Source: Treponemataceae bacterium
Lineage (GTDB): Bacteria > Spirochaetota > Spirochaetia > Treponematales > Rectinemataceae
Length of the DNA: 64,000 bases
Reading direction: 5' to 3'
Assembly: GCA_963678065.2 (NCBI GenBank)
Contig: CAXXVZ010000004.1
Coordinates: 608,001 to 672,000, forward strand
The stretch's first letter is position 1. Each line of letters starts with the position of its first letter. Below the pieces are notes generated by a model, which had not been told where the DNA came from, searched no databases, and was given only the letters and a program-made list of their open reading frames with translations. Both the position numbers and the translations under genes were made by a program. Shown one piece after another: positions 18,786 through 26,123 of this stretch.

Positions 18786-19774
18786 GCCCCCCATATTTCC
18801 CTAAGGTACCTGAGCCAGTTCTCACCGAGGATCTTGCGGATTTTGGGTTCCGCCCAACCTGCCTTCACCATCGCGTCGACCAGGCGAGGGCGTTCCGATA
18901 GCGGGCCGAGCGGCTTGACGACTTTCTCGCTCCCGAAAGGAGTGAGCACTCTCGCATAGCCCTTGTCGCGGTTGCACCAATCCATGAAGGCGCTCGGGCG
19001 ACCATGTCCCTGCGATGCGTCGGAACCGACACCGACATTGTCCTCTCCCACGAGGGAAATCACATAGTCGAGCGATTCGACGTAATCGACTATCGTCGAA
19101 TCATTGCCCCTTTTCATAGCCGGACCGAACTCGGATAGTCCGATCATGCCGCCGCGCGCTCCTACCGCCTTGATAAGTTCGTCGGACTTGTTGCGCTTGC
19201 CGTCCTTGAGCCCGAGTGGCTGTATGTGCGAGAAGCAGGGCGGCTTCGGAGCGTACGCAATCACCTCGGCCGAGGTCCGCGCTCCGACATGGGAGAGATC
19301 GCAGACGATTCCGAGGCGTGCCATCTCATCCACCACTTCCCGACCGAAACCGGTAAGCCCGGAATCGTTCAGCTCGGTGTAGCCAGCCCCGGAATAGTTC
19401 TGCGTGTTGTAGGTGATCTGCATGATCTTGACCCCGAGGGCGGCGAAGATCTGCAGGTAGTCGATGCGATCCTCGATTCCGGAAGTGTTTTGCCACGACA
19501 GCACGACGGCGGTCTTACCATCGCGCTTGGCGCGACGGATGTCATTTGTCGTGAAAGCCTGGACAATGAGATCGGAGTTCTGCGAGAAAAAGCGATTCCA
19601 CGCCACGATATTGTCGAGCGAGCCCCGTATTCCTTCCCACAGGCCGCATGTGGCCGAAACACCTGTAAAACCGCCCTTTCTCCATTCTCTGAATATTTCG
19701 GGGGACCAGTTGCAGATGTTGAGTCCATCGAAAACTATCGCATCATCGTAAATTCCCGCAGAATCACGCTCCAT
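18782..19774 (-). CDS. Peptidase M19 (membrane dipeptidase-like) amidohydrolase
   Basis: GLTGFGREVV.EM.RLGI.CDLSHVG, FSH, RNKSDE, VGVGSD, KILGENW. Confidence 0.88.
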   Translation of the reverse strand: MERDSAGIYDDAIVFDGLNICNWSPEIFREWRKGGFTGVSATCGLWEGIRGSLDNIVAWNRFFSQNSDLIVQAFTTNDIRRAKRDGKTAVVLSWQNTSGIEDRIDYLQIFAALGVKIMQITYNTQNYSGAGYTELNDSGLTGFGREVVDEMARLGIVCDLSHVGARTSAEVIAYAPKPPCFSHIQPLGLKDGKRNKSDELIKAVGARGGMIGLSEFGPAMKRGNDSTIVDYVESLDYVISLVGEDNVGVGSDASQGHGRPSAFMDWCNRDKGYARVLTPFGSEKVVKPLGPLSERPRLVDAMVKAGWAEPKIRKILGENWLRYLREIWGA

Positions 19775-19832
19775 TCTCAGTACCCCTCCATCGTGGATGT
19801 TTCGTAAAATATGATGTCCAAATAGCGCGGCA

Positions 19833-20807
19833 TCATTGGTCTATTGTGATTTTCGCGGCGGTGATGACTTTCTTCCATTTCTCGATTTCAGCGCTGAAGA
19901 AATCGCGCATCTTGCCGCGGGCTGTGGTCATCTCCACGTAGCCGAGCTCGACGATCTTCTTCCTGACCTCCGGCTCCGCCATTGCCTTGTGGATTTCAGC
20001 ATCCAGTTTATCCGCGATCGCCGCAGGCGTACCGGCGGGCGCGAGCACCGTGATCCAGCCTTCAGCCGAGTAGCCGGCTATGCCGGACTCCGCCAGGGTG
20101 GGAACATCGGGGAGGAAGGGCGAGCGCTTCGATGAAGTGACAGCGAGTGCCCTGACCGTTCCGGCCTTGATCTGCGACATTATCGCGGGGATGGTCTCCG
20201 ACATGAAGGCAATCTGCCCTCCCAAAAGACCGGTCAGCGCGGGAGCGGCGCCCTTGTAGGGAATATGCTGGAGGCTGATGCCCGCCATACCGGCAAAGTA
20301 CTCGGCGAAAAGGTGCTGGGTGGAACCTTTCCCGGATGAAGCGAAGGTCACCTGGCCTGGAGACTGTCTGGCGGTCTTGATGAGATCGTTCAAGGTCTTT
20401 ATCGGCGAAGACGCGGGAACGACGAAGACCTGGGCGACTGTCGCTATTCCCGACACGGGCTCGAAATCCTTCAATGTGTCGTATTTGACGATTTCCGGCT
20501 GGAGCGTGGGCGAAATGCTCATCGCGCCGCTGGATCCCATGACGAGAGTATAGCCGTCGGCGGGCTGGGAAGTAGCCAAATAGGTACCGATCGTGCCCGA
20601 GGCTCCCGCCTTGTTATCGATCACGAAAGGCTGCCCGAGCTGTGTCGACAAGCGCTCGCAGATGATCCTGAGCAGGATATCGGCTCCCTGCCCGGGCGGA
20701 TAGGGCATGATGACCTTCACAGCCCGTGTCGGAAAACTCTGGGCCGAAGCCAGTGTGATCGCGCCAACCAACCATACCGCAGTCAGAAGCCGAGTCGTCA
20801 ATTTCAT
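19833..20807 (-). CDS. tctC: TTT substrate-binding protein (Bug/TctC)
   Basis: Signal peptide, PYPPG..D, DNKAGASG.IG, HIPYKG, LPDVPT; SD GAGGAGG. Confidence 0.92.
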   Translation of the reverse strand: MKLTTRLLTAVWLVGAITLASAQSFPTRAVKVIMPYPPGQGADILLRIICERLSTQLGQPFVIDNKAGASGTIGTYLATSQPADGYTLVMGSSGAMSISPTLQPEIVKYDTLKDFEPVSGIATVAQVFVVPASSPIKTLNDLIKTARQSPGQVTFASSGKGSTQHLFAEYFAGMAGISLQHIPYKGAAPALTGLLGGQIAFMSETIPAIMSQIKAGTVRALAVTSSKRSPFLPDVPTLAESGIAGYSAEGWITVLAPAGTPAAIADKLDAEIHKAMAEPEVRKKIVELGYVEMTTARGKMRDFFSAEIEKWKKVITAAKITIDQ

Positions 20808-20881
20808 ACCGATCCTCCTCTTCAAGTTCCATCGCGTGATATAGGTCATGGCCCTGACCGGCCATCTTTTCCGGAAAAAAC

Positions 20882-21613
20882 TCAGCCCTGTTCGCGTACC
20901 GCCTGCTCGAGAACGTGTTTCGCCCTGGCCAGATGCTCGCGCATTTTCTGGGAGGCCGCGGCGCTGTCTTTCGCTTTTATCAAGTCGAAAAGCTCCCGGT
21001 GGTCGCTCACCGCCTGCTCGCTCGTGCGGCTACCTTTCATGAATTGGTTTCTCAGGTAGCGCAGCCAGTCGATCAAATACCTGTTGATATCGACAAGGGC
21101 CATATTGTGGGAAGCCGCTATGACCGCCGAGTGGAAATCCATGGTCGACTCCATGAATCCAGCGCCCGCGTCGTCCTTCCTGCCCATCTCGTCGAGCGCG
21201 GCCTCGATCGTGGCAAGGTCCTCATCAGTTCGCCTCTCGGCCGCGAGGTACACCGCCTGAATCTCTATGCCTTCGCGCACCTCGAACAGATCCAGAAGCG
21301 CGTGATTCGAGTTCATCATCACGACATCGATGTTGTCGATGATGTCATTCGCGGTGATCTTCTTGACGAACACACCCTTGCCATGGACATTCTGCACTAC
21401 TCCTACGAATTCGAGGACTTTCAAGGCTTCGCGGATGGGAACACGGCTGACATCGAATATCTCAGCCAGCTCTCTTTCGGATGGCAGCATATCCCCTTCC
21501 TTGAGCCTTCCTGTCCTTATCCATTCCCGGACCCTGTCGTATATCTGGTTGTACAGAGCGCCACTCTTTTTTATCGCGACCTTATCCAGCGGTCTTGTAT
21601 CGTCTCCAAGCAC
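20882..21613 (-). CDS. GntR/FadR family regulator
   Basis: LPSERELAEIFDVSRVPIREAL HTH plus FCD domain; start GTG 21613 after AAGGGGG (alternative 21640). Confidence 0.92.
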   Translation of the reverse strand: MLGDDTRPLDKVAIKKSGALYNQIYDRVREWIRTGRLKEGDMLPSERELAEIFDVSRVPIREALKVLEFVGVVQNVHGKGVFVKKITANDIIDNIDVVMMNSNHALLDLFEVREGIEIQAVYLAAERRTDEDLATIEAALDEMGRKDDAGAGFMESTMDFHSAVIAASHNMALVDINRYLIDWLRYLRNQFMKGSRTSEQAVSDHRELFDLIKAKDSAAASQKMREHLARAKHVLEQAVREQG

Positions 21614-21646
21614 GCGAGGCCCCCTTAAGCCGGATGTCACTCATCG

Positions 21647-21680
21647 CAACCAACTGGTATACTGGTATACCAGTTGGTTG
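21647..21680. promoter_or_regulatory. FadR-type operator (perfect 16-bp inverted repeat)
   Basis: CAACCAACTGGTATAC-TG-GTATACCAGTTGGTTG; contains the TGGTATACCA core. Confidence 0.75.
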
Positions 21681-21686
21681 AAAAGC

Positions 21687-21714
21687 ATTTTACCACAACC
21701 TTCCGGTTTGTCAA
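21687..21714 (-). promoter_or_regulatory. sigma70 promoter of the gntR-tct cassette
   Basis: TTGACA-N16-TAAAAT with a TG extended -10. Confidence 0.7.
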
Positions 21715-21895
21715 CAAAAAAAACGCATAGATATTCAAAAAACATGCAACAATTTCACAGAGAGCACTGCGTGGACCTCGGGACGACTACGTCAATAAAA
21801 AGAAACACTCCGAGATTGACAGTCCCTCCGGTACGGGCAATACTTGCCTCAAAGAAGCCAAACGGGTCCGCGGCGACATTCCAACGGAGTTCACG

Positions 21896-23017
21896 ATGAT
21901 CAGTAAAAGCGATATCAAACGACTAAAGGGCAATCTGCAGGCTGAACGGGAAGCCGTCTATCTCTACCGCAAGCTTTCGGAATCGGAGTCCATCGGACAG
22001 CTGAAAACTGTCTATCTCAAGCTCGCGGAAACAGAGGGAAAGCATGTCGCCGTATGGGAAAACAAACTGCGCGAAGCGGGTGTCGCGCCTGATATCTTTC
22101 GCCCGGGCTTCAAAACCCGCCTCCTGTCCTTCCTCTCCAAAAGGGCGGGCGCCGGGGCCGTCGCGCCTCTGATCGCGGCGATCGAAAAAAACGCGGGGAG
22201 CGAGTACTCCGACCAGCCCGAGGCCGAGGCAGAGGGGATGGGCAGGGAAGAAAAGTCCCACGCCAGGGTCTTCAATTACCTCGCGCGGCAGTCGGGTGGT
22301 GTCGGAGGGCCCGATCTGGCCCGACTGGAGGGTCGACACAAAGCGGGTGGCAATGCCCTGCGCGCGGGCGTTCTCGGAGCCAATGACGGCCTGATCAGCG
22401 TGTTCTCCCTCGTCATGGGAGTCGCCGGCGCCGGCGTGGGCAGCAAGGAGATACTCATAACAGGAGGAGCCGGCCTGCTCGCGGGAGCCCTCTCGATGTC
22501 TCTGGGCGAATGGCTCTCGGTGCAGAACGCGCGTGAACTCTACAAACACCAGCTGAAAATCGAGTCGCGAGAGCTCGAAGAAGCGCCCGAGGAGGAGCGC
22601 GAGGAGCTGAGCCTCATCTATCAGGCCAAGGGTTTCGATCCGGAACACGCACGGAAAATGGCGGACAAGCTGCTGGAGGACAAGACACAGGCTCTCGACA
22701 CTCTTGCCCGGGAAGAGTTGGCGATCGACCCCTCCGAGCTCGGCGGGTCGGCCTGGGAGGCCGCCATCACAAGTTTCATTTTATTCGTCGTCGGAGCTGT
22801 TTTTCCGGTTCTTCCCTACTTTTTCTTTACGGGGATGACAGGAATTGTGGTGAGCGGAATCTCGTCGGCCATCGGACTCTTCATTCTCGGAATTCTCTCC
22901 AGCTTCATGAATGGCGTACACTGGGCTGTCTCGGGAATCCGCCAGGTTCTCTTCGGCGTCGCGGCCGGGCTTGTCACCTTCGGGATCGGTCACATCATCG
23001 GGGTGTCCGTGAACTGA
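21896..23017 (+). CDS. VIT1/CCC1 family metal exporter with N-terminal rubrerythrin/ferritin-like domain
   Basis: ExxH motifs (ETEGKH, EEKSH), LRAGVLGANDG, SMSLGEWLSV, AREEL. Confidence 0.88.
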   Translation: MISKSDIKRLKGNLQAEREAVYLYRKLSESESIGQLKTVYLKLAETEGKHVAVWENKLREAGVAPDIFRPGFKTRLLSFLSKRAGAGAVAPLIAAIEKNAGSEYSDQPEAEAEGMGREEKSHARVFNYLARQSGGVGGPDLARLEGRHKAGGNALRAGVLGANDGLISVFSLVMGVAGAGVGSKEILITGGAGLLAGALSMSLGEWLSVQNARELYKHQLKIESRELEEAPEEEREELSLIYQAKGFDPEHARKMADKLLEDKTQALDTLAREELAIDPSELGGSAWEAAITSFILFVVGAVFPVLPYFFFTGMTGIVVSGISSAIGLFILGILSSFMNGVHWAVSGIRQVLFGVAAGLVTFGIGHIIGVSVN

Positions 23018-23186
23018 ATCGCCACCCTTCCAGCGGTCGCCGGGTCGCTCGGAAAAGCAGTCCGTAAGGCTTCCGGCGCTTGTTCTCCGCCATTGCGACT
23101 TGGCTGTTGCGATTTAGCTGGCCCTTTCCGTGAAAGCGATCTAGAATTGCTTGTTTTCGCCTCGGAAGGACTGTCAGGAAGGTCAG

Positions 23187-23564
23187 ATGAAACGCGCTTC
23201 GCCACATGACTCGGAGAGAAAGGATCGGGCAGGGCCACTCGTTCTGCTCGCGCTCATAGCCGCCGCCTTCGTACCTTCCCTCTTCATGGAATTCGACGTC
23301 CAGACCTTCAAATCCTTCAGCCGGATGTCTGAGAGACGCATCGCCGCTCCTCTTGGCTCAGTTTATCTGTCCGCATCGGAGGTCCCGGTCTTCCCCGATG
23401 CGGAGACGGAAGCCGCCTTTCAGGTTTCCTCCTCTCCCCAGGATGGGAGCGAAGCCGTATCCCGCTCCGAGGCGCCCAGCCTTCCCGCCCCTCACAGCCC
23501 CACAGTTGCAGCCCTCCTCTGGCCTCCGGGCTCGTTTGCGCCGCGCGCTCCTCCCCTCTCCTAG
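23187..23564 (+). CDS. Membrane-anchored upstream ORF ending in RAPP; candidate ribosome-arrest peptide
   Basis: SD-like AGGAAGG, N-terminal TM segment LVLLALIAAAFVPSLFM, low-complexity spacer, C-terminus SFAPRAPPLS*; directly upstream of amt. Confidence 0.6.
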   Translation: MKRASPHDSERKDRAGPLVLLALIAAAFVPSLFMEFDVQTFKSFSRMSERRIAAPLGSVYLSASEVPVFPDAETEAAFQVSSSPQDGSEAVSRSEAPSLPAPHSPTVAALLWPPGSFAPRAPPLS

Positions 23565-23704
23565 CGCTTTCGCCGGCCGCCGCCGCGCGGCCGAAGAGCT
23601 ATTCGCGTCCCACAAGCCACGCCGCAGGCGCACGCGGCGCGGCCTTCCGGGGATGAGTCACCTTCGCATCGGCCATCCCCACTGAAATAAGGAGAAAATC
23701 ACAC

Positions 23705-24949
23705 ATGCCAATCGATACAGGCAGCACAGGCTTCATGCTTTTGGCGACGGCCCTCGTCATGTTCATGACGCCCGGCCTCGCATTCTTTTATGGCGGCCTC
23801 GTGGGCCGCAAGAACGTGCTCACCATCATGTTCCAGAGCTTCATCTCTCTCGGTGTCACGACGGTGATCTGGTTCATCGCGGGCTATTCGATGTGCTTCT
23901 CCGGTTCCCTGGGAAAAGGAGACCTGGGAGGCATAATCGGCAACCTGAATATGGCTTTTTTCAGAGGCGTGGACATCATGGGAGCGAGTCCCATGAATCC
24001 GAGCGTGCCGGTTTTCGTCTTCGTGGCGTACCAGATGATGTTCGCCATCATCACGCCCGCGCTCATAACGGGCGCTTTCGCGAACCGCGTCCGTTTCCCG
24101 GCTTACCTCCTCTTCCTCGTCACCTGGCTCGTCCTCGTCTACTTTCCCCTCGTGCACATGGTCTGGGGTGGCGGAATCCTCGCGGCCTGGGGCGTCAAAG
24201 ACTTCGCCGGCGGCATCGTCGTCCACACTTCCGCGGGCTTCGCCGCCTTCGCAAGCGTGCTCTTTGTCGGCAAGCGAAAGGTCTCGGACAAAGGACTTCA
24301 TTCGCTCCCCCTCGTCGCCCTCGGCACCGCCATCCTCTGGTTCGGCTGGTACGGCTTCAACGCCGGCTCGGAGTTCGGGGTGGATCGCATAACGGCTCTC
24401 GCCTTCCTCAACACGGATATAGCCGCGTCATTCGCGGGGCCGACCTGGCTCCTTCTCGACTGGATATTCACCCGCAAGCCGAGATTCCTCGGTTTCCTCA
24501 CGGGCTCGGTCGCAGGACTTGCCACCATCACGCCCTGCGCGGGCTTCGTGTCCACTCCCTCGGCGGTGATCATCGGCGTGCTGGCCTCCGGCGCCTGCTA
24601 CCTCGCCGTCCACATCAAGAACAAAGCCGGCCTCGATGACGCCCTCGATGTCTTCGGAGTCCACGGCATAGGCGGTTTCCTCGGAACCATCCTCCTCGGC
24701 GTCTTCGGCTCCGCCGCCATGACCATCCCCGGACGGGATCCTGCTCTCCTCGCCTCGGGCCTCGTGGACGGTCGCGCTGACCTTCTCGTCAAGCAGAGCC
24801 TCACGGCTCTGGGCACCGCGGCCTACGCCTTCTGTTTCACCCTCGGCATGCTCTGGCTCATCAACAAAGTGACGAAAGTGCGCGTCTCCGAGAAGGAGGA
24901 GATGGCGGGACTCGACATGGTGGAACACGGCGAGGAGGCATACCTCTGA
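23705..24949 (+). CDS. amtB: Ammonium transporter Amt
   Basis: MTPGLAFFYGG, DFAGGIVVH, WFGWYGFNAGS, DDALDVFGVHG (twin His kept). Confidence 0.95.
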   Translation: MPIDTGSTGFMLLATALVMFMTPGLAFFYGGLVGRKNVLTIMFQSFISLGVTTVIWFIAGYSMCFSGSLGKGDLGGIIGNLNMAFFRGVDIMGASPMNPSVPVFVFVAYQMMFAIITPALITGAFANRVRFPAYLLFLVTWLVLVYFPLVHMVWGGGILAAWGVKDFAGGIVVHTSAGFAAFASVLFVGKRKVSDKGLHSLPLVALGTAILWFGWYGFNAGSEFGVDRITALAFLNTDIAASFAGPTWLLLDWIFTRKPRFLGFLTGSVAGLATITPCAGFVSTPSAVIIGVLASGACYLAVHIKNKAGLDDALDVFGVHGIGGFLGTILLGVFGSAAMTIPGRDPALLASGLVDGRADLLVKQSLTALGTAAYAFCFTLGMLWLINKVTKVRVSEKEEMAGLDMVEHGEEAYL

Positions 24950-24979
24950 AAGTGAAAACGCTCAGGATTGACGGGCAGT

Positions 24980-25020
24980 AACGAACGAACCTCGGAGCCC
25001 CGCTCCGGGGTTCGTTCGTT
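24980..25020. terminator. Long stem-loop after amt
   Basis: AACGAACGAACCTCGGAGC / GCTCCGGGGTTCGTTCGTT, 19-bp stem with one G-U pair. Confidence 0.65.
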
Positions 25021-25036
25021 CTGTAAGGAATAGATT

Positions 25037-25084
25037 GCATGCGGGTCCATACCCGACAGAGCTTCGGGGTATGGACCCGCATGC
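25037..25084. terminator. Second long stem-loop, after cbiB
   Basis: Perfect 18-bp inverted repeat GCATGCGGGTCCATACCC / GGGTATGGACCCGCATGC. Confidence 0.55.
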
Positions 25085-25109
25085 GAATCGCTCGCCCCCG
25101 GAAAGGTGT

Positions 25110-26123
25110 TCAGCGCCGGATCATCGCCAGCGCGCCAACTCTGAGCGCGGCGCCCAGGACGACGAGGAGAAGAGCCTGGGCGTACATGAGGCGGACGGCA
25201 TTGGCAATCATGGCGGGAGAGGCGGGTTCGGGGCCGTCGCCCATGACAGGGTGATCGATGCGTTCGCCCTTGTAAGAGGCTGGGCCGCCGAGTCGAGTGC
25301 GCAGGGCGCCTGCGAAGACGGCTTCGGGGTGGCCGGAGTTGGGGCTCTCGTGTTTGAGTCTGTCGCGCGCAAGGATGCGCAGTGCAGATCGCGCGTCGAG
25401 CCCGAGGACGAGGGCGCAGGGGACGGTGAGGGCGGCGGCGAGGCGGGCGGGAAGGAAGGTCGCGATGTCGTCGGCGCGGGCGGAGAGGCGGCCGAACAGG
25501 AGGTAGCGCTCGCTCTTGTGCCCGAACATGGAGTCGAGGGTGTTGGCGGCGCGGTAGGCGAAGGCGGCCCAGGGGCCGAGGAGGAGTGCCCAGAAGAGGG
25601 GAGCCGAGACGCCATCCACGGAACTCTCGGCGACGCTCTCCACGCAGGCGCGGGCGACGGCGCTTTCGTCCAGCCTGTCGGTGTCCCTGCCGACCACCAT
25701 CGAGACGGCGCGCCGGGCCGCGCCGAGATCGCCCGCGAGGAGGGCGCGGCGGACGCGCATGGCGTGGAGCGAGAGGTCTCGCGGGGCGATGGAGGCCCAG
25801 ACGAAGAGTGCGTCGAGTGCGACGCCGAGGGCGGGATGGACACGAAAGGCCGCGAGCGGAAGGAGGATGGCCGCGGCCGCGGATGCTCCCACGACGGCGA
25901 GCCAGGCGAGGACGCCGGCTGCGCGGGGCTCGAGGCGCGGCCGGAGAATCGTTTCGGCCTGGGTGGCGAGATCCCCGAGGAGCCTCACCGGATGGAGGGA
26001 GAAGACAGGGTCGCCCGCGATGCAGTCTGCGGCGATTCCGAAGAGGATCGCGAGGGTGGCAGGGTCCGAGGCGATGGCGGAGGTCAAGACAGTGAGGGCG
26101 GACGCAAGGCCGGCAGGCTGCAT
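25110..26123 (-). CDS. cbiB: Adenosylcobinamide-phosphate synthase CbiB
   Basis: GDP...HPV, VGRDT, ESVAES..DG, YRAANTLDSMFG, HESPNSGHPEA. Confidence 0.93.
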   Translation of the reverse strand: MQPAGLASALTVLTSAIASDPATLAILFGIAADCIAGDPVFSLHPVRLLGDLATQAETILRPRLEPRAAGVLAWLAVVGASAAAAILLPLAAFRVHPALGVALDALFVWASIAPRDLSLHAMRVRRALLAGDLGAARRAVSMVVGRDTDRLDESAVARACVESVAESSVDGVSAPLFWALLLGPWAAFAYRAANTLDSMFGHKSERYLLFGRLSARADDIATFLPARLAAALTVPCALVLGLDARSALRILARDRLKHESPNSGHPEAVFAGALRTRLGGPASYKGERIDHPVMGDGPEPASPAMIANAVRLMYAQALLLVVLGAALRVGALAMIRR

